A DNA stretch of 64,000 nt from contig JBGVQK010000074.1 in NCBI GenBank assembly GCA_045127455.1, forward strand, positions 6,431-70,430, read 5' to 3'. Shown here in pieces: positions 31,350-39,472 of this stretch. Source of the stretch: Eubacteriales bacterium (lineage in GTDB: Bacteria > Bacillota > Clostridia > Oscillospirales > CAG-272). Every line of letters starts with the position of its first letter. Within the stretch, counting starts at the first letter, position 1. A program made the position numbers and the translations under genes. Under the pieces are notes generated by a model. The model made no database searches, was not told the origin of the DNA, and saw only the letters and a list, made by a program, of their open reading frames with translations.

Positions 31350-31371
31350 ATTTTCGCTTGTGCAAAAAGCA

Positions 31372-31470
31372 CGGCTAAAATAATACACACATCGGACGAG
31401 CGTTGCATCGGTGCCGCAAAGCGGTTTTGGCAACTGCGTCGCGATGGTGGAAAAAACCGAAGGAGGACAT
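31372..31470 (+). ncRNA. rpsB (S2) autoregulatory leader
   Basis: ACACAC..CGGTGC..GATGGTGGA structured 5' UTR upstream of rpsB. Confidence 0.65.
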
Positions 31471-31474
31471 TAAA

Positions 31475-32212
31475 ATGTCTGTTATTTCTATTAAGCAACT
31501 GCTTGAAGCAGGTGTTCACTTTGGACACCACACCAGAAGATGGAACCCCAAAATGCAGGAGTACATCTTCACCGAGAGAAATGGTATTTATATCATTGAC
31601 CTCCAGAAGACCGTAAAGAAGTTTGAAGAGGCTTACAACTTTGTTCGTGAGCTCTCTGAGAACAACGGCACCTTGCTCTTCATTGGTACCAAGAAGCAAG
31701 CTGCTGAAGCTATTAAGGAAGAAGCTAACCGTTGCGGTATGTACTACGTAAACGTTCGTTGGCCCGGCGGTATGATGACCAACTTCAAGACCATTAAGAG
31801 ATCCATTCACCGTCTCAACGACCTCTACAAAATGCAAGAGGACGGCACCTTTGATCTGCTTCCCAAGAAGGAAGTTGCAAGCATGCAAAAAGAGATCTTT
31901 GACCTTGAAAAGAGCTACGGCGGTATCAAGACCATGGAAAGACTCCCCGATGCAGTATTCATCGTTGACCCCAAGAAGGAAAGAAACGCAGTTCTCGAAG
32001 CAAAGAAGCTTGGTATTCCCGTAATCGCTATCGTTGATACCAACTGCGATCCCGACGATGCTGACTACGTAATCCCCGGCAACGATGACGCTATCCGCGC
32101 TATCAAGCTCATCTCCTCCGCACTTGCAGATGCTATCATCGAAGGCAAGCAAGGCGAAGAGACCGCAACCGAAGAGGCTCCCGCAGCTGAGGCAGCTGCA
32201 GATGCAGAGTAA
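31475..32212 (+). CDS. rpsB: 30S ribosomal protein S2
   Basis: [16 protein letters not shown]; DTNCDPD; GNDDAIR. Confidence 0.99.
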   Translation: MSVISIKQLLEAGVHFGHHTRRWNPKMQEYIFTERNGIYIIDLQKTVKKFEEAYNFVRELSENNGTLLFIGTKKQAAEAIKEEANRCGMYYVNVRWPGGMMTNFKTIKRSIHRLNDLYKMQEDGTFDLLPKKEVASMQKEIFDLEKSYGGIKTMERLPDAVFIVDPKKERNAVLEAKKLGIPVIAIVDTNCDPDDADYVIPGNDDAIRAIKLISSALADAIIEGKQGEETATEEAPAAEAAADAE

Positions 32213-32239
32213 TTTTACTACTTTTTGGAGGATAAAAAA

Positions 32240-33163
32240 ATGGCAAATATTACAGCAAAAGACGTAGCTGAGCTCCGTAAGAGAACAGGTATTGGTATGA
32301 TGGAGTGCAAAAAGGCACTCGTTGAAGCAGACGGCGATCTTGACGCTGCTATTAAGATCCTTCGTGAGAAGGGTGAGCTCAAGGCTGAGTCCAAAATGGC
32401 TACCAGAATTGCAGCTGACGGTGTTGTTGCTATCGCAAAGGACGGCGACGTTACCGCCATGATCGAGGTTAACTCCGAGACCGACTTCGTTGCAAAGAAC
32501 GAAACCTTCAAAGAGTTCGTAAACGAGCTCCTCGCTATTATCATCGCTCAAAAGCCCGCTGACATCGACGCTCTTATGGCTTGCCAATACGATGCAGAGA
32601 TGAACGTTGATGCTAAGATCAAGGAAATGATCTTCAAGATCGGTGAAAAGCTCACCATCCGTCGTTTCGTTATCGTTAACGGCATCACCAGCACTTACAT
32701 TCACGGCACCGGCTCCATCGGCGTTATCGCTAAGTTCGAGACCAACGTTGCTGACCACGCTGATTTCGCAGTATTCGCAAAGAATATCGCTCTCCAAATC
32801 GGCGCATATCCCACTCCTTATCTCTCTCGCGAGAGCGTTCCTGCTTCCGTTATCGAGGAAGAGAAGAACATTCTTCTGGCTCAAATCGCTAACGATCCCG
32901 CAAACGCAAAGAAGCCTGAGCAGATCAAGCTGAAGATGGTTGAAGGCCGTATCTCCAAGTTCTACGACAACAACTGCTTGCTCGATATGACCTACGTTAA
33001 GGACGACGAAATGAAGGTTAGCCAATATGTAGCAGCTGCTGCAAAGGAAATGGGCGGCGAAATTAAGGTTGTTGATTTCTATCGCTTCGAAAAGGGCGAA
33101 GGCATCCAAAAGAGAGAAGAAAACTTTGCTGACGAAATCGCAAAGATGACCGCAGGCAAATAA
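32240..33163 (+). CDS. tsf: Elongation factor Ts
   Basis: ELRKRTG.GMMECKKAL; EVNSETDFVAKN. Confidence 0.98.
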   Translation: MANITAKDVAELRKRTGIGMMECKKALVEADGDLDAAIKILREKGELKAESKMATRIAADGVVAIAKDGDVTAMIEVNSETDFVAKNETFKEFVNELLAIIIAQKPADIDALMACQYDAEMNVDAKIKEMIFKIGEKLTIRRFVIVNGITSTYIHGTGSIGVIAKFETNVADHADFAVFAKNIALQIGAYPTPYLSRESVPASVIEEEKNILLAQIANDPANAKKPEQIKLKMVEGRISKFYDNNCLLDMTYVKDDEMKVSQYVAAAAKEMGGEIKVVDFYRFEKGEGIQKREENFADEIAKMTAGK

Positions 33164-33176
33164 TTTTTCTAAATAA

Positions 33177-33210
33177 AAATCGGCAGAGATATTGTTTCTC
33201 TGCCGATTTT
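33177..33210 (+). terminator. Terminator of rpsB-tsf
   Basis: AAAATCGGCAGAGA..TCTCTGCCGATTTT. Confidence 0.85.
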
Positions 33211-33233
33211 GTGTTATAAGAGGATGCGTTTAA

Positions 33234-33358
33234 AAGCCTCCCTCCGAGAGGGAGGGGGACCGCGACAGCGGTGGTGGGAGCCTGCGCGACTAAAAGCTTT
33301 TACTACACGCGTGCTCCCTCAGTCGCCTTCGGCGCCAGCTCCCTCCCGGAGGGAGCCT
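33234..33358. repeat. GC-rich REP/REPIN-like element made of two inverted palindromic units
   Basis: Left GCCTCCCTCCGAGAGGGAGG-GGGACCGC..GCGGT-GGTGGGAG; right (reverse complement) GGCTCCCTCCGGGAGGGAGC-TGGCGCCGAAGGCGAC-TGAGGGAG. Confidence 0.75.
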
Positions 33359-33405
33359 CTTTAAGCGTAGCTTCTATCGCGCAAGTAGTTTTCTATCTCA
33401 TTTTA

Positions 33406-33837
33406 TTAGATGTTGCTATTATAATTATATATGTATGATTTAGAACCTACCTCTTGCTTTATATATCCACATTTACACATATCATCAATAAGTTTTTTAG
33501 CTTTACTATATCCAATATTACAATGTCTTTGTAATAATGCTGTATAAATGTGTCCTTCTTTTTGTGCAATTTCAATCGCTTGAATTACAAGAGCATCATT
33601 TGCTTCGGTGTGAAGTTTTTTCTTAACCAAACATTCGCCCAACAATAGTTCATCAATAGAAATTTCAAAAAGGGAAGCAAGCTCTGGTAAAAGCTCTATA
33701 TCGGGACAGCATTTACCGGCTTCCCATTTTGATACGGCTTGATTGGATACATTTAGTTTTTTTGCAAGTTCCTCTTGCGTTATTCCTGCTCGTTTTCTTA
33801 AAAGAGTGATATTTTCGCTTATTTTTATGATCTTCAT
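33406..33837 (-). CDS. XRE-family HTH regulator fused to an FtsK-gamma-like winged helix
   Basis: N-terminal TQEELA..VSNQAVSKWE..PDI; C-terminal D.L..QA..LLQR..NIGYSKAKKLID.M...G.I; AT-rich; own TTGCTT-17-TATAAT promoter. Confidence 0.8.
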   Translation of the reverse strand: MKIIKISENITLLRKRAGITQEELAKKLNVSNQAVSKWEAGKCCPDIELLPELASLFEISIDELLLGECLVKKKLHTEANDALVIQAIEIAQKEGHIYTALLQRHCNIGYSKAKKLIDDMCKCGYIKQEVGSKSYIYNYNSNI

Positions 33838-33962
33838 TAAATTAATCCCTCACTTTTATTGTAATCACACTTGAATTATAGCATTTTTAAAAACAAAAAG
33901 CAATGACGTATTGGTTTGATATGATATATATTTCTCCAACTTGTGGTTGGAAATATATTAGG

Positions 33963-33995
33963 TATGGCGCACCTAAGCTAAAATAGGTGCGCCAT
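33963..33995 (-). terminator. Terminator hairpin after the DUF624-like gene
   Basis: TATGGCGCACCTA..TAGGTGCGCCATA. Confidence 0.7.
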
Positions 33996-33999
33996 AAAA

Positions 34000-34998
34000 T
34001 TATTTATTTTCTTCTTCAACCGTTTCTTCGGTTATTTCTTCTTCCTCGGATGCTTCACTCGCAACGTAAGGTGCGATCATAAAGCGGTCGATAACGGGAT
34101 ATGCCGCGTATGCCGATGTAAAGGTAACAAGTGCCATATACCAAAGGAAGGGCAAAATGATCGGAATGCCGCTCAAGGGAGTTGTTATAAGGAGCGGAAT
34201 GAGGAAAACGTGTATACCTGTGATGAGGGCAATGCCAAGCACGCCCATAATATTGCGTTTAAAGCCTAAAATTGCAAAGATCAGCGAATTTTTGAGTATT
34301 TTGTAAATGGAAAGGTCAAAGGTAACCAGGAGCAAATAGATGTAAAAGCGCATCAGGAAGTAGAGAATGATCATTGCCAAAATGGCAAAAAAGCCAAAGT
34401 CGAGCACAAACGTGCCGGAGCGACCCCAGAAGTAAACGATGTCAAAGCCCAGGGTAAAGATTATAAAGGCATCAATCAGACCAAGGAAGAAGCCTTGCTT
34501 GAGGTTGCGCTTAATGGCATAAAAGTAGTCAGACCAAACAAACACAGGCTCACCGCGCACCATATTGCGCACAATGTAAGCCGCGCCTACGTTCTGCCAA
34601 CCAAAGGTAATCACCAAAAATGCAATGCAAATACCCATACCGATATAGGTCCACGTGGTGAATACGGGAATATTCTGTTGCGCGCCAAAAAGGTCAAACA
34701 AAAGTGTGGCAGTCGGTGTTGAACCAACAGCGCTCGCACCGAGGAGCTGCGGGAACAAAACCTCACCCGAAACAGGCGTTTGCCTCATTGAAACATAAAG
34801 GTAGAAGCAAACGAGCACGGGGACGATCAAGGGCAGCATCATCAAATTTAGGGTTACCAGCTTCCAAAAGCGTCTGCCAAGCAGCTTAAAATATCTTTTC
34901 AGGGTTGGTGTCGTATCTTCTTCAACCGCGTCGGGGCGATTGTCACGGTTGTAATCAAAAAAGCCAAACAGCTTTCCTTTCTTTTTTTCGTTAGCCAA
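34000..34998 (-). CDS. DUF624/YesL-like membrane protein
   Basis: RRFWKLVTLN; RGEPVFVWSDYF.AIKRNLKQ; ILKNSLIF; multiple TM helices. Confidence 0.75.
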   Translation of the reverse strand: MANEKKKGKLFGFFDYNRDNRPDAVEEDTTPTLKRYFKLLGRRFWKLVTLNLMMLPLIVPVLVCFYLYVSMRQTPVSGEVLFPQLLGASAVGSTPTATLLFDLFGAQQNIPVFTTWTYIGMGICIAFLVITFGWQNVGAAYIVRNMVRGEPVFVWSDYFYAIKRNLKQGFFLGLIDAFIIFTLGFDIVYFWGRSGTFVLDFGFFAILAMIILYFLMRFYIYLLLVTFDLSIYKILKNSLIFAILGFKRNIMGVLGIALITGIHVFLIPLLITTPLSGIPIILPFLWYMALVTFTSAYAAYPVIDRFMIAPYVASEASEEEEITEETVEEENK

Positions 34999-35040
34999 AG
35001 CCAATACTTCCTTTACTTGTTTTTTTGCAATGTTTATCAA

Positions 35041-35088
35041 ACCTTCTCATTGAGGAGAAGGTGGCGTCAAAAGGCGCCGGATGAGGTG
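35041..35088. repeat. Single REP-like unit related to the element at 33234-33358
   Basis: CCTTCTC-N6-GAGAAGG-TGGCG..CGCC-GGATGAGG: same hairpin-hairpin-GAGG layout. Confidence 0.55.
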
Positions 35089-35114
35089 ATAGGATGCGAA
35101 GCATCCGTTAGAGA

Positions 35115-35966
35115 TTATTGTATGTCGGGGGTGGTTTCTGCCATAAAGTCGTTCAAGAGATAGTCTTGCAGGGTCTTCAGGGTATGAGGTGCTTTTTGCC
35201 CAACGGGGGCGCCGTCAACCTCAACAATGCGCATGCAAAGAGCCGAAGCAGAGGTCAAAATAACCTCGTCAGCCGCTTTCAGGTCGTCAAGCGTGTATTC
35301 CTTCTCAACAACGGGAATTTCAAAATGACGGCAAGCATCCATCAGATGTGCGCGTCCCGTGCCTGCAAGGATATATTCATTGGCAGGGTGTGTGATCAGC
35401 GTTCCGTTTTTGAGAATGGAAACGTTGGAGTGCGCGCACTCGGTCACAATTCCGTCGCGGTGCAAGATGCACTCGTCTACGCCCGCATCAACGCAAGCCT
35501 GCGTGGCAAGCACGCTGGGCAGCAGATTGAGAGACTTGATATTGCAATGCAGAGCGCGCGTGTCGTCGCGTGTGATTACGCGCAATTGGCGGTATGTATC
35601 CTTGATCTTTGCGGGCTTGAGCATGATCCACAAATTGGGCGTTGCCGCCTCGGGGAATGCGTGATTGCGAAAATCGGTTCCGCGAGAAAATTGCAAATAG
35701 ACCCAAAGCTCATCCGAATCGAGTTTTTTAACAAGACCTTCAACCAACTCGCAAAGGGCATCGGGGGTGATCTCGGGGTGAATTTTGAGCAATTCGGCAC
35801 TGTGAAAAATGCGTTCTACGTGCTCGCGCAGTCGATAGATCTTATAGTTGCGGCAAAACGTGACGTCATAAACACCGTCGCCAAAATAGCAGGCGCGGTC
35901 AAGCATCGGGATGGTTATTTTGTCAAGCTCATCAATTTTGCCGTTGTAATAACCAAGTGTTTTCAT
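35115..35966 (-). CDS. Class IV PLP aminotransferase (D-amino-acid aminotransferase-like)
   Basis: DRACYFGDGVYD, IKSLNLL, TECAHSN, ILAGT. Confidence 0.88.
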   Translation of the reverse strand: MKTLGYYNGKIDELDKITIPMLDRACYFGDGVYDVTFCRNYKIYRLREHVERIFHSAELLKIHPEITPDALCELVEGLVKKLDSDELWVYLQFSRGTDFRNHAFPEAATPNLWIMLKPAKIKDTYRQLRVITRDDTRALHCNIKSLNLLPSVLATQACVDAGVDECILHRDGIVTECAHSNVSILKNGTLITHPANEYILAGTGRAHLMDACRHFEIPVVEKEYTLDDLKAADEVILTSASALCMRIVEVDGAPVGQKAPHTLKTLQDYLLNDFMAETTPDIQ

Positions 35967-35987
35967 AACAAAGAGGATTCCTTTCTC

Positions 35988-38201
35988 TCAAGCGGTTGCC
36001 GCCAAAACGATTTTTGCTAAATGCTCGGCAACGTTGCTATCGTATTGAACAGTCGTATCTGCAAGTGCGGCACTTGCAACCTCGGCGGCGCTTCTTTCAC
36101 AGTATATGCCGCAGGGGGCAGAAGCTTGCACACTGCCGTCGGAATAGGTGCAAACCGCCCAAAAGCGCATCGAAAACTGCGCATCGTGGGCATCTTCTTC
36201 AATTACTTTTGTGTCAGCCGAAAGGACGCGCCAGGTCGTTTCAAAAGAATTATCAAGCCCACGCAAGGTAACGGGAGAAGCTTCAGTAGTGCCATCTTCA
36301 TTTACAATGGTGGCAAAAAATGAGATAGAGGCGTTTGAGGCGGCAAGCATTTCAAGGGTCTCCGATTCAGCGGCAGCGTAAAAGCGAAGATGCACCTCAT
36401 CCTCGGGAAAAACCAATGCCGCACCGCGCATTGCCTCAAAGCGCATAAAAAGTGCGGTGTAGGTGATGTCCGCCTCGGGAGAAACGGTGCCGCCCGAGGG
36501 CAGAAGGGTATCGTCAGAGCCATACCAACCCACAAAGTTTTCTTCCTCGCAAACAGGGAGCGTAAATTCCGTGCCCGCGCGATGAAGCGTGGTAGTCGTG
36601 CTTTCTCTATTTTGAATAAAGATATTGATCTCGGGGCGTTCGACGACGTTTACGTAAAAGACCGCCGACAAAACCGACCAATTGGACTTTTTGGTGCTTT
36701 CAAGATGATCATACGCTGCAATTGTGCGGAGCGTGAGAATGTGCATGGAGCCCGTTTCAAAGGTTAAGGGAATGGTAACGTCGAATTTGTCGCCTTGGCA
36801 AAGCGGGAGCCATTCGCCGTCATCCCAACGGTATTCGATCGCCTTTACGCCGTAAGAGTGCGTCATAATGCCGCGCAGGTGCAGGGAATCATCGGAATAA
36901 ACGCGCAAGGTGTCATAAACTGCCGACGTGGAGGTTTGCAAAATGGGACTTGAGAAAAATGCCGCGCTATCGTATTTTTGAGTTGCCACGGCAAGATAGG
37001 AGCAAAGGCCACCGGCAGGATCCTTGCAAGCGGTCTTTGGCATACACGCGTAAACCGGGATGACAAAGCTGCAATGACCGTCAAGAACGCCGGATGAGGC
37101 AAAAGCACTAAAAAGTGTGCGAGATTCGGTTAGAGAACCCGCCACGTTTTGCATATACTGACCCCAAAAGTTGCGGTCAGCCGCGCGACTGTCTACGTTG
37201 AACTTTTGCAAATAGACGGTGTTTTGGTAACGGTCGATAAAGCTTGTTTTAATGGTGTAAGCACCACCCCAAAGGGATTTCCAAAGGGTGTTCCAGGCAG
37301 GGGAGCCCCAAGTCTGTGCCATTGCCTCGGTTCCGCTTTGTGCGCGCTTCATAGCACTGTGGTAAATAGCAAAAAGCCCGTTTCCGCTTGCTTTGATGTT
37401 AAAGAGATTGTAATAGCCGTCAAGGGCCAAAAGCTCTTCTGATGTATATCCCTCGGTGGGAGCCATGACCTTGTTGCCCTCGGGGGATGTTTGCGTACCA
37501 TTTTGATAATAGTCGGCAAGAAGGGAGCCGCATTCGCCGCTAAGTACGGGGGAAGCACCGGAGAATCCCTGTTCTTGACGTGCCTTAACGGCAAGATAAA
37601 CGGGATTGATGCTAAGCTCTTTTCCTACTTCAATAAAATACTCGGCATAGCTTTTGCCATTTTCGAGAGTTGCGTCCGCCATAAACGTGCCGTCAAGAAC
37701 CGCTTGTACCTCTTCAATTCCTACGCTGTGCGCAGCTGAAAGATCGTAGAACTGAAAAATATCTGTTTCGTTCAAAAAGTTGCGGGGGTCCATAAAGTAT
37801 TTTACCGCAGATTCGGAAGCCTGATAGTAACCCGAATCGTAGGTTTCAAAATTGAGAAGGTGGCGGTAAGCAAAATAATTCTCGTTACTCGATATCAAAT
37901 TGAGAGAGGGGTCTTGAGTTTCCTGCTGAATGATGTAATCCCAGCGGTAAAGGGGATTGCCCTCGGTAACGAGCAGGGGACTGAAATCCCATTCGGGATG
38001 GAGAAGATGTAATTCGGTCAAGGGGCGCGCATAATCTTCGGGAAATCCCTTGGTAAGAAGAGATTGATAGTATTCTTCAGCCGCGCCTTCAAAGTAGCGC
38101 GTGTTACCGCTGACAACAAAGACAACACCGCCAACAAGACAAGCAACGAGTGCCACACAAACAAGCGCCAACATAAGCTTTTTTGACTTTCTTTTCATCA
38201 C
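35988..38201 (-). CDS. Secreted/anchored peptidoglycan hydrolase (glucosaminidase, GH73-like)
   Basis: N-terminal signal/TM; YFMDPRNFL, YYNLFNI.ASG, QNTVYLQKFNV, QYMQNV. Confidence 0.75.
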   Translation of the reverse strand: MMKRKSKKLMLALVCVALVACLVGGVVFVVSGNTRYFEGAAEEYYQSLLTKGFPEDYARPLTELHLLHPEWDFSPLLVTEGNPLYRWDYIIQQETQDPSLNLISSNENYFAYRHLLNFETYDSGYYQASESAVKYFMDPRNFLNETDIFQFYDLSAAHSVGIEEVQAVLDGTFMADATLENGKSYAEYFIEVGKELSINPVYLAVKARQEQGFSGASPVLSGECGSLLADYYQNGTQTSPEGNKVMAPTEGYTSEELLALDGYYNLFNIKASGNGLFAIYHSAMKRAQSGTEAMAQTWGSPAWNTLWKSLWGGAYTIKTSFIDRYQNTVYLQKFNVDSRAADRNFWGQYMQNVAGSLTESRTLFSAFASSGVLDGHCSFVIPVYACMPKTACKDPAGGLCSYLAVATQKYDSAAFFSSPILQTSTSAVYDTLRVYSDDSLHLRGIMTHSYGVKAIEYRWDDGEWLPLCQGDKFDVTIPLTFETGSMHILTLRTIAAYDHLESTKKSNWSVLSAVFYVNVVERPEINIFIQNRESTTTTLHRAGTEFTLPVCEEENFVGWYGSDDTLLPSGGTVSPEADITYTALFMRFEAMRGAALVFPEDEVHLRFYAAAESETLEMLAASNASISFFATIVNEDGTTEASPVTLRGLDNSFETTWRVLSADTKVIEEDAHDAQFSMRFWAVCTYSDGSVQASAPCGIYCERSAAEVASAALADTTVQYDSNVAEHLAKIVLAATA

Positions 38202-38299
38202 GCACCTCCTAAATGGTATAATTAAATATATTATAACATATAATTACGCATTTGTGTGGACTTTTTGGAAAAAAATAAAAAGATTTGATGAATAAATCA

Positions 38300-38330
38300 A
38301 AAAGGATGCCGCCAAAGCGGCATCCCAAAA
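38300..38330 (-). terminator. Terminator of lipoprotein A, homologous to 44878-44906
   Basis: GGATGCCGC-TTTG-GCGGCATCC-TTTT on the minus strand. Confidence 0.8.
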
Positions 38331-38336
38331 GATTGG

Positions 38337-39347
38337 TTAATTTAAAACGCTCCCCACAAAATCTTTTACCGAAATCAATCCATAGTAATGAGTGTATCCT
38401 TTGCTTTCTTTACTGTATTTTTCACAATCTATTACGCCAAGAATTTCATCGTAATACTCGCCGCATTCTCTAATAAAAGATTGTTGAGTAAGAAACGCAA
38501 GAACATCAACGGTCTCATCAGATTTTGCTGTTTCCAAGTGAATAGGGATATAGTATTCTCCCTCAAGGCAAATACATTCTATTGTAATTGATGAATGATC
38601 GGCACTTGATTTAGAGTGATATACAGCATCTTTGCCGGAATCATTTAGGTAAATAAAAGCCTCATCAAAAAATATATGAGTATTGACGTTTAACCCATTC
38701 TCAAATATGGGGGTGTAGGAGAGGAAATGCTCAAACTCAAGAACATCTGTCTCTTTGGAGAGAATGTCGATAACCGTCAACGATTTATTGATTTGGAACG
38801 AGACGGCTATTTTACCGCCATTGTGATACTCGCAAATGGAATTCGCAGTATCATATTTTACCCAAACGTATTGTTTTGCAGTATAATGAGAAAGGTCGTC
38901 TGATTGTTCCTCAGATGCGTTTGGATAGTATCCGCAAACAAAATAGAATTCATTTGGATCGGCAGCAAAAAGGACCGGTTGCTTACCTTTTTTGATCTTG
39001 TTGATCGAATAGGTGATAGGAGCGGGTCCCGGATCAATGTCAACTCCGCTTTCCTTAATGTACGTAAGGATTGCAACGATCAAAGGATCGGTACTGTCTT
39101 GCACTTCGCCTGAATCGATAACGGGGGGCGGAGTGGTTTGATTATTGTCAATAGTTGAGCTTTCGTTGGGGAGCGGTTCTGTTGTTGTAGCTTCATCGGT
39201 TGTTGTTTTGTCAAGAACGTTATCTTGCGTAGTACCGTCGGTTATATCTTGCGGTGTCGTTTGCTCGGTTTTGTTATTTTGCAAACAGCTTGTTACTGTC
39301 AGCAACAAAAGCGAGCAGACTAAAATCAGCAAAATCGTTTTTCTCAT
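38337..39347 (-). CDS. Lipoprotein A of unknown function (paralog of 43859-44818)
   Basis: Lipobox VTSC, Thr-rich linker; shared YFVCGY, FQINK, EHF..Y.P.FENG, GEYY, YGLIS..DFV motifs. Confidence 0.85.
   Translation of the reverse strand: MRKTILLILVCSLLLLTVTSCLQNNKTEQTTPQDITDGTTQDNVLDKTTTDEATTTEPLPNESSTIDNNQTTPPPVIDSGEVQDSTDPLIVAILTYIKESGVDIDPGPAPITYSINKIKKGKQPVLFAADPNEFYFVCGYYPNASEEQSDDLSHYTAKQYVWVKYDTANSICEYHNGGKIAVSFQINKSLTVIDILSKETDVLEFEHFLSYTPIFENGLNVNTHIFFDEAFIYLNDSGKDAVYHSKSSADHSSITIECICLEGEYYIPIHLETAKSDETVDVLAFLTQQSFIRECGEYYDEILGVIDCEKYSKESKGYTHYYGLISVKDFVGSVLN
39249..39326. repeat. 78-bp inverted repeat, left copy (signal-peptide coding), pairs with 43880-43957
   Basis: Direct comparison: 1 mismatch in 78 bp. 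Confidence 0.92.
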
Positions 39348-39369
39348 AACAGCCTCCTTGTGTTGAATT

Positions 39370-39414
39370 TTTGCTACATTTACAGAATAACATATTTTTA
39401 CGTATTTGTCAATA
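39370..39414 (-). promoter_or_regulatory. Lipoprotein A promoter; 45-bp inverted repeat of 43641-43685
   Basis: TTGACA-17-TATTCT; 2 mismatches versus the other copy. Confidence 0.85.
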
Positions 39415-39438
39415 GTTTAAAAAAGTGAGAACGGCAGA

Positions 39439-39469
39439 AAAGGACAGAGCACAAAAAACTCTGTCCTTT
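39439..39469 (-). terminator. Terminator of clpC
   Basis: AAAGGACAGAG..CTCTGTCCTTT. Confidence 0.8.
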
Positions 39470-39472
39470 ACT

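Noticed and set aside
31283-33109. 608-aa minus-strand ORF
   Set aside because: Antisense shadow of highly biased rpsB-tsf codons; no RBS or recognisable motifs.
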